A stretch of 64,000 bases of DNA, taken from assembly GCF_001194135.2 (NCBI RefSeq), contig NC_068984.1, positions 58,146,303 to 58,210,302 of the forward strand, read 5' to 3'. This document shows, in pieces, positions 49,170-61,895 of the stretch (its first letter is position 1; the number at the start of each line of letters is the position of its first letter). Under the pieces are notes generated by a model. The model was not told the origin of the DNA. It made no database searches and saw only the letters and a program-made list of their open reading frames with translations. The translations under genes and the position numbers were made by a program. The DNA comes from Octopus bimaculoides (taxonomy: Eukaryota).

Positions 49170-50125
49170 CTCTCAATTGCTGTGACAGCGGAAGGAGGTT
49201 ATGCCAAGCGGGCTGGCTACAACAGGGCGTGGTCTAAAAGAACTGATCCACGGCAGCTCGCTGCAACTCACAGGTCAAAGTCTGTACATCTCCTCCATGG
49301 TGCCACTGATGACGTCCTCTGAGCAAGTGGCGGTCCACCTTAAACAAAATCACGCCCTGGCATCCAGTGCTATTTCCTTCCTTCCTACTTACCCCTCCCC
49401 CCAAAAGTCCTATGGCGGCGGGCTACAGATAACGGGGACAGGCCCTGGTGGAGCTGGAAGTCTCTAGTCCCGATCCTACACGTAGGCGGTGAGCATGTGA
49501 TGACCGCTCAATAATAGACTTTGCGGCAACTCTGTTGGGCGGTAGCTATGTTCGCGACTGGGCTGACCTATTTAGGATTCCCGCAGCCCACCTCGAAAGA
49601 GGAAGGCCCTAGAAAAGGTGGGCTAAACATCGGATGTCGCAACTCTGCCCGGCTGGAAAGCTGCGTTCAGCAGGTCACCCATTCTGCAACCGAAACACTA
49701 TAATGAACTTTGCTACTTGGAACGTTCGGACACTACTAGGTCACAAGGACACAAATCTTACCTACCAGAAGAACAACCCTCGTCACACACGAACTGAGCC
49801 GTTTCGATGTGGACTTTGCGGCTCTGAGTGAAACCAGGCTCTCGGGGGAAGGCTCACTTGAAGAACAAGGTCCCGGATATACGATCTTCTGGAAAGGAAA
49901 GGAGCCTGGCCAACCTCATATGCACGGCGTGGGTTTTGCAATTAAGACAAAACTCATAAAATCCTTCAATCTGACTCCGTCTTGCATCATGGAGAGAATC
50001 ATGTCCATCCGAATTCCCCTCTGAACATCTTTCATCACCGTCTTTTCCATCTATGCGCCAACACTGGATGCTGAGGACAACATAAAGGAAGAGTTCTACC
50101 ATCAACTCGACCAACAACTCACAGA
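49170..50125 (+). mobile_element. RTE (BovB-like) LINE 5' end: GC-rich 5'UTR plus AP-endonuclease N-terminus
   Basis: ATG 49703 MNFATWNVRTLL, ...DFAALSETRLSGEGSLEE..GYTIFWKGK..HGVGFAIK..SIYAPTLDAEDNIKEEFYHQL; one frameshift, one stop, 3'-truncated. Confidence 0.85.
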
Positions 50126-50220
50126 AAAATACAGTTTATGTAGATTTTCAAGAATTAAACGCGTCAGAAAAAATACAATTGCAGGGGAAATTGCGATTTT
50201 CATGTTCCCCTATAAACTTC

Positions 50221-51074
50221 AAATAGACTGCACCCCATCTAACAGCTGTTTTTGCTTCCAATGTTGCATGGTATTGCCGTTGATATGCTAAAAAACATTT
50301 ATTGTATTTGATAATAAAACCGATCTGGGACATGGAGCTTCATCAGGGTGAAGAATAAATAAAGAAGATAAGCATAGAGAAGAAAAAGAGGTAAGTTGAA
50401 AATGGTCGTAATCATACCATTTTGCTTGCGTATCTCTTTGGGACGTTAAGTAAAATACTAAACCAAACATAGATAACAAGATGATAAAAATAAATAAGCA
50501 AAAACATAGCATTCATCACTCGAACAGCAATAAAATTGGGTTGTATTGTAGGAATATTGGAAAAGCAAAAAATAATAATTGGCTTATACTCTCGTATGTT
50601 ATGCAAATTAAAACTAATTTAATCAAATCTATATTCAAAACTATAAATAAACGCTTTGATAAAAAATAACAGGTACTTGGAAATTATTAATAGTAAAACA
50701 ATAAAGATAGGCTATAGTCTGACACATAACTTAGCGAGCATCATTTCCTCCCTAAATAATAAAAAACTAAGTACTTTTTATTTGGATAGAAGTATCAATA
50801 ATAACAATATCAATAACAACAATAATAATAATAATAAAAATAACAACCTCAATAACCATCTCAAACATTGTAATGATAATACCAACATCTATAATAAGCC
50901 TATTAATCATAATACACCTTTTAATAATCCATTTATATGCACCACTCCAATAGTAAGTAACTACCCCCACAACACAACCTATGTGACTGCAGAAATAAAG
51001 ACAATTGCGCCCTTAACACTTGTAAAAGAAAAAAATGTAATTTACCAGTGCACAGTCACAACACAGTCTAGTAA

Positions 51075-51148
<74 letters not shown>

Positions 51149-51396
51149 GATTTATCCACTAATTGCTAGTTTTGGTTTAATCATCTACTTAACGTTCCAA
51201 AGAGATACGGAAGCAGAATGGTATGATTACAACATATATTCAACTTTTCCATTCTTCTTTTTTATTCTTCACTCTGATGAAGCTTTGTTTCAGATCAGTT
51301 TTATTACAAAATATAATAAATGATTTTCGCGTATCAATGGCAATACCATATAGCATTGGAAGCAGAAACAGCTGTGAGATGGGATGCAGTCTATTT
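50221..51396 (+). mobile_element. Penelope-like element relic with inverted pseudo-LTRs
   Basis: Peptides ..QIKTNLIKSIFKTINKRF.., KIGYSLTHNLASIISSLNNKKL and CDCRNKDNC..KNVIYQCTV resemble the PLE RT-to-GIY-YIG linker. Segments 50221-50400 and 51238-51396 are inverted homologues. Confidence 0.7.
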
Positions 51397-51639
51397 GTAT
51401 TGAATTAATAAATAATAATTGATGTAAGTCAATTGTTGTTCATCGATATTTCTCCATTTTCTGTCTTCATTAAATTTTTATTCTTGATAAACTCGTGTCT
51501 ATTCTTGTCTTTACCTATAATTTATAAGCATAATATGCTACCATATGTATGCGCATGGTTAAACGTAGGTAATATACCGGTAGTGTAATGGATACTTCTA
51601 TCCCATAGACTTTTGTCTTAACCTTAAACTCAGCTGACC

Positions 51640-51701
<62 letters not shown>

Positions 51702-52032
51702 CCGTGTCAGCCTTAACTTACGACGCCAAACATCGTCACTTAATACTAACACACGGACGTAGCGGGGAACCTACAAACATTTCTAAGACCAATCACGTGA
51801 CTATCCGCTACCAATCAAATACTATTCAAAACATACTAATTTGAGCCATAAACTCCCTATAAGAATAGGGCAAACTTCAAACATTAGACAGCTGCGACAT
51901 AAGCCACGTCTTTCTATTTCAACTTTTTCAAAATCAGTGTAAACTGTGAAACCGGTTAAAGCTTTGAATATATTAATAAACAAATATTTTAACTATACTC
52001 AGTGCATTTTCAACTTCTATTGTTCCTATATA

Positions 52033-52065
<33 letters not shown>

Positions 52066-52319
52066 GTATGCATGTATGTATGTATTGAGAAAAAAACTTG
52101 TCAGAATTTTTGGGAAAAATCCTTTTATTTCTTCATTATTATTAGCACTTTCGTTCCTTTCTGACAAGTTCTAGAAAGGAACGAAAGCGTTAATAATAAT
52201 GAAATAAAAGGATTTTTTTTACCAAAATTCGGACAACTTTTTTCTCAATATTCAATTTCTGTACATCACACCTAACACTACACTACACGCACACACACAC
52301 ACACGATAGTCTTCTTTCT

Positions 52320-52470
52320 GTTTCTGTCTCACAAGGCTTTGTCGAGACAGGCTCACAAGGCTTTGTGGGCCCAAAGCTATAGCAGCAGACACTTGCCCAA
52401 GGTACCACGCAGTAGGACTGAGCCCGGAACCATGCGGTTAAGAAGCAAGCTTCTTATCACACAGCCACTA
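52320..52470 (-). mobile_element. SINE family A head
   Basis: GACACTTGCCCAAGGTACCACGCAGTAGGACTGAGCCCGGAACCATG...CTTCTTATCACACAGCCAC. Confidence 0.7.
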
Positions 52471-52818
52471 AATTTCTATCTGAGCATCAGGAAATATCAC
52501 CTCTCTACACGAAAGTACTCCTCATTCCAGAGTACATTTCGAGGTAACGACGGAGACTTTACACAGTTACACTATTTGCTAAAATTAGCGATTAAAATTA
52601 ACGTAAAATCAAACCTTACTGTCATAAAAAAAAACCAAGGCCACTTTGGTAATATAGCCCTAGTTATATTATGCATGAAAATGCAAAATAGGATGTCCAT
52701 AACTGCAATGCTTCTGAACCTTTCCACCTTTTCACCTTTGGTTAAACAACTAGCCAACACCAGAATGGTCGGTCTGTGTTATCACTCACACTTTCTCTTC
52801 TCAATTGTTATTACAACA

Positions 52819-53032
52819 GTTTTGGCTCTTCTGAACTAAGCCTGCTAAACTAATGAGATTTTATGTACCTGAGTCCGCTGGCTTCATCTTTCTCTCTGAC
52901 TCGATACTCTATCTTCTTCAAATATATTTTCCAGTAATTTTCACCATTTACGTTTTTTTCTTGCCAGAAGCAATTTTGGTAGGGCGGTGAAGAGACATTA
53001 TTGTGTTCTATTACTAATAACTAATAAATGAA

Positions 53033-53096
<64 letters not shown>

Positions 53097-53152
53097 GGAA
53101 AGATAAAATTAAAATGTTCACACAAAATTGGAGATATTAAAGTTTCTAAATG

Positions 53153-53213
<61 letters not shown>

Positions 53214-53427
53214 TTCATTTATTAGTTATTAGTAATAGAACACAATAATGTCTCTTCACCGCCCTACCAAAATTGCTTCTGGCAAGAAAAAAACGTAAAT
53301 GGTGAAAATTACTGGAAAATATATTTGAAGAAGATAGAGTATCGAGTCAGAGAGAAAGATGAAGCCAGCGGACTCAGGTACATAAAATCTCATTAGTTTA
53401 GCAGGCTTAGTTCAGAAGAGCCAAAAC
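52819..53427. repeat. Perfect inverted duplication around (AAT)n/(ATT)n
   Basis: 52819-~53092 is the reverse complement of ~53155-53427, with no mismatch seen by eye in about 215 bp of unique sequence; spacer about 62 bp. Confidence 0.9.
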
Positions 53428-53429
53428 AG

Positions 53430-55570
53430 AGAAGACTGCAGTGTTTTTGCAATAGGATGTTTACATTTTCGAATACTCAGGGAGAAAGGAAAGGAAGAAA
53501 AGGAAGGTAAAATTTTTAGAGAATTGTAGATATTAAAGTTTTTAAATTTATTGGAGATGATCTTTTGTCTGTCCGAACAGAGGAAACTGTAGTGTTCTTG
53601 GAATAAAGAGGATGTTTACGTTTCCGAATACTCAAGGAGAAAGGAAAGGATAGGTATTCACAGAAGTTGTAGATATTAAAGGTTTTAAAGTTGATCGTCT
53701 ATGTGTTCGAAAACTGTAGGTATGTAAGTTTCTTAACTTATTTTGAGGGAAATTCAAAATACTCACAGGAAATTGTAGATATTCCAGTCTTTGAGAGTTA
53801 TTTTTCAGTTGACCTGCTGGGTTACATTAGTGTTTCTGTGTCTTCAGCTGCTGACAGGTCAGAGCAGTGAAGAACACGTCCAGTCGCAAAATATTGTAAA
53901 TAACGGTGGTATTGAAACTGGAGCCATTCATGGTGACAGTGTTGCACCCTGTAAGCTCAGAGATTCTGGTCCGGCTCCAGCCTGTCGATATCCAGAAAGA
54001 AACCACCACACACAGCGTAGATGGAACAAGCAAATTAATGCTGTGGTCATAGAGTGTTACTACCTGAGTAACCCAGTAGATGAAAATGGTGCTCAAATTA
54101 GGAGTTACCGACAACGTATGTATGATCATTGGAGGGAAAAGGGAATGTTTCAATTCACGGAACAGCCTATATGATCAAATTAGAGCAATACGAAAAAATC
54201 GTTGGTTCACAGAAGTAGAGCTCGAAGCCATCAAAAGACGGGTCTTGGAAAATAGCAGCAGAGATAACGATGAAAATACAGTACTTACTAAGAAGAAGAA
54301 TCTCATAGCACAGGAAAGGAACAGTGGTAGTCTACTTGATAAGAGACATACAGATGATCTAAAAGAAGACAATAAAACTAATGGCGACATGACAGATGAA
54401 CAAAAGGTAATCTACGACAGAATAAAGGCAAGACTACAGGAGAATGATAGCGACATTATTTGCAGTCTTAAAAAGGTTTGCCGGTGGAAGTTGAATCAAG
54501 AAACGAAAAATGTCAATGATACTCTGAAATACATCAGAACAAACACATCACAGAAACAAATAATTTGATCAAGGCAGCAAGTATTGTTGTAGCAGAAAAC
54601 GTGGGTGTTGATGTCAAGAAAAACAAATATAATGAGAGTGACAAAAGAAAAGACCCATGGTGGAAAATAAGAATACAGGCAGGGTTAGATATGCTTTCGA
54701 AGGAAATTTCTGCGTTAGACCGAAAAGAGAAAGAGGAGCTTAAAAGCGAACAAAAACACAGGGTGCTGAAAAGGAAGTATAATATTGTAAGAAAGGGCCT
54801 GAAAGTGGTGATGGAAGAACTGAAACAGCGCCTCGTTGCAAAGAAAGTAAAGATGGTAAGATATGACTAAAGAGTGAAGAGTTACCACCAGAATAGGTTA
54901 TTCAGAGTAGATCAGAAGAGATTCTATAAAGAAATAAATAGAGAGTGTACAGATGAAAAGTTGATACCAGATAACAATGAAAGTCAAATGTTTTGGAGTG
55001 ACATCTGGAGCAAAGACAAGGAGCAGAAGAAGGATGTGGAATGGTTGCAAGAAATGAAACAAACTGTAGCATGTCCAAAACAGGCAGAACTAGTCATTTC
55101 AGTTAGGGAAGTGAAGGAAATCAGCAAAAAAACGAGCATCTGGAAGGCCATGGGACCAGATGGAGTTCAAGGCTACTGGATCAAAAGATTTGGTGAATGT
55201 CATGCACGAATAGCTGTGCAACTCAATACCTTGTTAAATGCCGACCAAGTAACACCAGAGTGGTTGATATTGGGTAGGACAGTGCTGTGCTTGAAAAACA
55301 TCGAAAAAGGCAATACGGTAGACAATTACAGGCCGATATCCTGTTTGCCACTTATGTGGAAATTATTGACTAGAATACTCGCAGAGTCAATGTACGAACA
55401 TCTGGAAAAAAATGGAGTCCTGCCACATGAGCAGAAGGGTTGCAAGCGTAAGGGCAGAGGTACAAAGGATCAACTCCTGATAGACAAAACTGTACTTAGA
55501 GACTGCAAGAGAATTAAAAATAACTTAGCCATGTCATGGATCGACTATCGTAAGGCGTACGATATGATGG
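53430..55570 (+). mobile_element. R4/Dong-clade non-LTR retrotransposon, 5' part up to RT motif A
   Basis: N-terminus RRWNKQIN..IECYY.S.P..YRQRM...DQIRAIRKNRWF; RT motifs WKAMGPDGVQGYWIK, NYRPISCLPLMWKLLT, EQKGCK and WIDYRKAYDM. Two frameshifts and one stop; tandem ~140-bp 5'UTR units. Confidence 0.8.
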
Positions 55571-55739
55571 TTATACTGGGTTTCATATATTTTACCCCAG
55601 TGTCTCTTTGATGGCATGCACTGCTCTCTCAATAATAATGATAATAAAAACAACATCAACAATAACATGACTTTATAAATTTAAGCTTATTTTATTTAAG
55701 GTAACATATAAGTCATAACGGACACAACAATTAGTATGT

Positions 55740-56960
55740 TACCTGATGCTGTTTGGTGCCTGATGAATGACAGACTTGGTGAATTCAGGATCATAATGTT
55801 TTCCAAATAGCAGTCAGTAATTCATGTTCTTAACTTTCTTTTGGTATATTTCATTTTTGAAAATATTTGCTTACATTAATAAGCGTTACCAAACATGAAC
55901 GCTATTTTGTTGCATTAGTTGCTAAGATGGGATAACACCTGGATTCAAGAAGATATTTCTTGTAGAACTCAAGTAGGGAGATATTAACTATTCACGAAAT
56001 TTGGGTTTTCGAAGTACTAATTGAAAATCTGAGGGGACGATGTCTATTTTCACAACAAATGTGTATGAACGAATATGAACCAAACGGGAGGAAAATGTAA
56101 CGTTACTTATCACAGCTACAAATATGCTGCTGCCTATTAATTTGGTCTCTTTATGTGCAAATAAATTAGCATAATTTGCTCTCTTCAGCTGACATTCCCA
56201 CAGTCGTAATTCTGTTCGAATATGTGTATGTATCTCCACGCATCATGCATCATCGACTAACTTTTACCTTGAAACTGGAGATTCAAGTATTTCCATTAGA
56301 AATACCAGGTTTGAGAGTCATTAGGGACCGCGAAATTCTGACATTGACCTTTTCATTCTCAAGTATTGTAGCTATTTTATCCAGCTGTGCGTACACGTTT
56401 GTTTTTAAAAGTATAACCTCTCAACAAAGCTAGTGGATGTTGCCGAAGAAGTTTCTTTCTGAGTCTCTGATTCCTATAAAAGTTACCGAAACAGATAGAG
56501 ACTGATTCTTAAAGAGGCGATCACATTTATTGCTTTACCATTCAGAACATCATGTCAAATGCGATACCTTTCCAGAAAATATTTCTAGATGGATTATGCA
56601 ATGCACATTTTAACGTTGTGTTTAATTCTGATGCCTTTTTTGAAGCAGAGCTATGACATCGTTATTTTGTTCAACTGTTACCGGTGATCCATCGAGTGTT
56701 ACGAATATTAGCTTTGATATTTCCAGATTCATATCTATAATACACTGGAACAATGCTTTAAGAATGTTTTTTTCCTACCGTTGTACTCTTACTATGTACC
56801 AGTTGAACAAATTTCTCAACTGTATCTAAAGTTGCATTTACTCCACGTACAAGCAGCAAGCTGAGCTGCATCTATGATCTCTGTTCTCTTATCAAACGCT
56901 AATGAACAAAGCTGATAAAATTGGTAGTAGTCTTTTAAGTGAATTTTCAGATTACTGACG
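55740..56960 (-). mobile_element. Decayed hAT (Charlie/SPIN-like) transposase
   Basis: Reverse-strand remnants SLAFDKRTEIIDAAQLA..GVN, LDGSP, HCIIH, LRLWECQL, LLEFYKKYL and SMFG..C.QIF.KMKYTK.KLR..ITDCYLEN. Confidence 0.75.
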
Positions 56961-57019
56961 TTTGTACTATTTGGCATGTAAATGTTCATGAACTGATATT
57001 TTTCCCTTTTTTTTAGCTT

Positions 57020-57240
<221 letters not shown>

Positions 57241-60166
57241 AGCTATCAACAATGTACTTTTGTGATAAGCTTCCTTCAAACCGAAACATTTCAAAATGAT
57301 ATGCATGCATAATAAACCGTTCATAATGTCTTGTTAGTATTTACACACATAAGCATTATGTCCCAATAATCGCGAGTCAGCGAATTCGCTGAAAACCTTG
57401 ATCATGTCACTATGTCCACTATTTTCTCTGTCCCAGGTAGAATGGCTGTAATTCCAAAAGTAGTTTCTCGTAAAACATGAACCGATGACAAAATTAAATT
57501 TTGGTGGTTGGAGTTGTTCAGGCATTTGATATTCGGTGTGTAAATGTTCAAGCGCTCAATGTGCCCTTAGAACAGGCTTTGTAGAAGAATTAACACCTGT
57601 CCATTCGAATTAAGATAATGCACATTTGATGGCTTGTTTGAAGGTCTGCATCATATCAGATTTGATCAAAGGATGCTATTTGATGAGAGGTCGGCAAAAA
57701 TCACCTTGAACCATTCATACGTATACACTATCTTTGTTTGAAAACTAGTCTATTTCTACTAACTATATATACGATTGCTATGTAGAATAAATTACTTTCA
57801 TACGACATAGCTGATACCTGTCCATTTGCGGAAAATCATTTTCACAATAGCTCAAAAGTCCTTTTGATTCTTTCTTAAGGTGAAAGTATAGAGAGTAACG
57901 AGAAAGCGGTCACATGGCAACTGTAGGGAAGATACGTTTCCTTGTAACATGTGAATTTCTTCAAGAATGCACTATTGCATTTGTATAACTTGGTTTCATG
58001 CAATTCGTACCAATCATTGTCGCCTAGTATTCTAATGTCTTCAAGAAAGTCTTTAATGTTTAAAAATATTATTTTCAATTTTTTCTTTGTTGGTTGTTTT
58101 TGATAATAGAAGTGTAAACTCAAATTACTGAACAAAACAGAGTGGTGGTGATGGTGATAAATATACTTTTTTAAAGTTCCCCGAAGATAAATGAAATGGA
58201 AAGGGTTAAGAACCCTTACTATACACATTCCACTTTTACTTTATTATATTTTAGTTGGTTAAACAGTCCTAATTCAGTTATTGACATCTTCGGTCAAATT
58301 CAGAGGAGGAGCAACCAACTTACCAAGGATGCATTTCTTATTCTTTATTCAACACATTGACTTTCCAGTGATTTGTCGGTGTTCTCCAGCAGCGAATATT
58401 ATGTTTTTTTTTCCATGACCTTTACTCTTTATGGCTCAAACAAACTACATCAATTCTTCTTGCTATGGATACACCACTAATGTAAAATAATTTCCAAATC
58501 CACATTGTTCTGGAACAGTCTCCTTGCTATGTAATTCAGATAGATAGTGACATATTGAATAACCTACGAATTAAATTCTAAATAAAACGAAATTTTCCTC
58601 TTAGTTTTTAAAAGCAAAGATAGTGGCAATTGTTAATAACTCTCAAAGAGAAGGGAGATAATTTTCAAGAAATTAAGCAATAACTTTATAAAAAATTGAA
58701 CTTATGCTTAAGGGAAAATCCTGGCCGTTGTTAGCGGGCGGAGTGACAATTACAGACATGTTTATCTATCGTTAGAGCTTATCAAAAGCGAGTATAATCT
58801 AGAGCTCTAAATCTCAATGAAGCCTCAACAAATGTTTATACAATTTTAACCAAGCAATAGACTGTTCTTCAGAAATACACTTGCATCCACTTAAACAAAA
58901 GTATTGTAATCTTGATTGATGTTGCTGATGCTGTTGCTGTTTAATCCCAGTTCAACCTTGATTGAACAGACCTACGATCAAAAGTATTTCAGTCGAGACC
59001 ATCCTATCTTTTTAGGAGTATCCAGGACTACAGAATCTATTATACCCTTTCCTCATATAAAACGGTAATGTCTATTCTGAGGAAGATTTGCTTCAATTTT
59101 TAGTAGGTCGATCGATCACGTAGCGGCAGTCATGGATGACCTGTGGCACAAGAGACTTTTGAATGACACACCTAAAAAAAAGATTAACTTGAACTTTTTT
59201 TTGTAGTGTGGCCCGCCTAATGATGAGCCATCTCATGCGGTCTGCTTCTTGAAAAAGGTTGCCCTGTGCTTGACGTAGAAACGTTTTTGATGGCTCGTTT
59301 GGCAATTATTTTTACGACAGGTGTATTGCTAAAAGGATTAGGTAGCGGCCTATTAGACATTGGCTCACGGTGTCAAAATCATATCTGCTATAGATGTTTT
59401 ATTGTGTCTCAAAGTAAGACACAAAGTATTACATCAAGTTATAGAAATTAGATACTAGGCTTTCTGGTAAAGTTATTCTTCTACTGGATAACACCTGCGT
59501 TATCCCACAACTTAGCGCTACTCGAACTTTTAATTATAGTTAACTGTATATCACTCTATAATCAAGGCAAATTAACAACAAATTAGTTTAGCTATCAAAT
59601 ACTGTACGTTAGTTGATGTGTGTAATTATTTTAAATGTTTATCTCCTTTTAGTTTTAACTGTGCAGTTGACAGCGGAGAGTTTAAACTGTGGGAGGAGAT
59701 GTATCTAATATAAACACAAACGTTTGTTCTTTCTTTTAAGTACATCTTACTAGTTCGTTGTGTAGTGTTCCACATTAGACGCCATCAATATATATCTGAT
59801 ACTGCATATGTTTATCAAGAGAAGCAAAACAAAAAGAAAAAATCCAAACAAAATAAACGAAGATGACAACTGAAGTCAGAACATTGATCCTAAATGACTA
59901 CATGCTGGAACCTGTTCGAACATCGACCGTTTTGTTGATAGAGTTTGTTATTAACTTCAACGGCGAAACCATGAAATGTTAATAATTCAAATTCAAAACA
60001 TTTTATCGATAAAATGAGAACACCACGAAGTGACGCAAGTTATTCGCAGTTAGATAATTTGATATAGATTGATCGGATGACCGTTCTGACTGTTGACTGA
60101 AGGTCCACCGGCCATTTTCCCGTTACTGTCATCATGTCTGTCCTTATAACCAAGATACATAAACTG

Positions 60167-60774
60167 AAAAAACCGCGTATCTCGGGAACTCGTGCTTCGA
60201 TTCTCGCGAAATTTGTTTTATTCCGTTTGTATTCACATTTCAATGATACCTTACTTTCAATGTATTTTCACATTATGTGCCGTTTTTGGCTGTATTAAAT
60301 TACAGAAAAGCAAACACGCAAAGAAGCACGCAAGCAGGCAATCATAAAGGTACCCGAAAAAACCGCGTATCTTGGGAACCTGTGGTACGATTTAGGCGAA
60401 ACTTGTCTTGTTTCATTTGTATTTCTATTTTAGGGGCACTTTACTTTCTGAGTATTTTCCCATTATGCGCTGGTTTGGCTGTATTAAATTACAGACAAGT
60501 ATGCACGCACGGAAGGACACAAACAAAACTATCACAGCAAAGGGCAATAACTTCAGGTTTTAATGCTTAAATTTGTGCCCCCACCCACCGCCACAAAAGC
60601 CTGCATATCTTGGGAATCCGTGGTCCGATTTACGCGAAACTTGTTTTATTCTGTTTGTATTCACATTTCAGGGGAACCTTACTTTCAGTGTATTTTCCCG
60701 TTATGTGCTGGTTTGGCTGTATTAAATTACAGACAAGCACGCAAGCAAGCAATCATAGAGTTTTAGTAATATAT
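60167..60774 (+). repeat. Three tandem ~150-bp units, possibly Helitron/Helentron-related
   Basis: Units start at about 60167, 60357 and 60595; each carries GCGTATCTYGGGAA..GGTCCGATT..CGAAA...GGCTGTATTAAATTACAGA. The family assignment is inference. Confidence 0.6.
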
Positions 60775-61704
60775 AAATTGCTATAATTTTAATTTTCAGT
60801 GACTGTGACATGTTTTAACATTTAACTTCAACTAAACATGATCATCACTTTGGTGTACTGCCTACTTAGGGTAAACACTTGTGTGCTGAGAGTGCTCTGT
60901 GCTCCGTCTCCGAATGCAGGAGTTGATGCCACATCAAGCAGTGAAGCAGCTCTGTATGTGTTTCGTTCTCTTCTATCGCGACTTCAGATCAGCCCGTAGT
61001 CAGCCGACGACGTAGACGACAAATGCTCCCGCACAATAACATAAGTTTAGTTGAGTCATATTGCGTCTCTGGGCCAAATGTTTCTACCGTCCTCAGCGCT
61101 CGTTGCTGCTGCATCACTCGTCCTCTCTCTTGAATCAGATATAATGAATTTATTTTATTGGTCCACAAAATGCCCTTACATTTTCTACAGATTGTAAACC
61201 GGTATATGAAGAGAAAACACATTTCTTCTGATAATGCTTTGTCACAGTTGTACAAACATGGCAGAATTAATACATTGTCTTCACATCCATGCATGCATAT
61301 TCCAGAATCAGCTAACTTGTGAATTTGGGAAGCGCAAGATATTTATTCAAAACACCTTTCAAAACTTGTTAGTTACCGCCATCATCTTAATTCATCTCAT
61401 CAACCAATATAACAAAATAGAGCACCTTTTTCTTGGTCACAAACTTTACAAAAAACGTAGTCCTTCATTCCTGAAGTTGAAGGGTCTTCACATTCTTGCT
61501 CTCACATTTGTTAAGCAAATGATGTAACCAATCTTTGCTTGCGTTTTCATTTTTTATCGAAAACTGGAATATCTTCAAGTCGACTTGTATATACAAATGT
61601 CAAAATGCTGACCTTTGAGTTAAAGTGCTACTACATATTCCAACTGTCGTAGTTACACCGATACATGTGCTTACTCCAGAACATGTTGTAGCACTTAAAC
61701 TTAA

Positions 61705-61895
61705 AGATAAGGTCACACACATACGCACACATACACTTAGATATACGACGGGATTCTTTCAGTTTCAGTCTACCAAATCCACCCACAAGGCTTTAGTCGG
61801 CTCGAGGTTATAGTAGAAGACACTTGCCCGAGAGACTGCTCTCGGAACCATATGGTTGGGAAGCAAGCTTCTTACCACACAGCCACACCTGCGCC
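61705..61895 (-). mobile_element. SINE family A 5' half
   Basis: TTCTTTCAGTTTCAGTCTACCAAATCCAC...GCTTCTTACCACACAGCCACACCTGC. Confidence 0.75.

Noticed and set aside
53021-53225. Mirror poly-Ile ORFs on both strands
   Set aside because: Translation of the (AAT)n/(ATT)n palindrome, not genes.
58324-58563. Minus-strand segment with a canonical acceptor (CGTAG) and donor (GTAAGT)
   Set aside because: All three frames contain stops, so it is not a coding exon; a non-coding exon cannot be supported without RNA data.
60167-60774. Repeat-spacer pattern considered as CRISPR-like
   Set aside because: The units are about 150 bp, diverged, in a eukaryotic locus and with no cas genes; this is a tandem transposon module.
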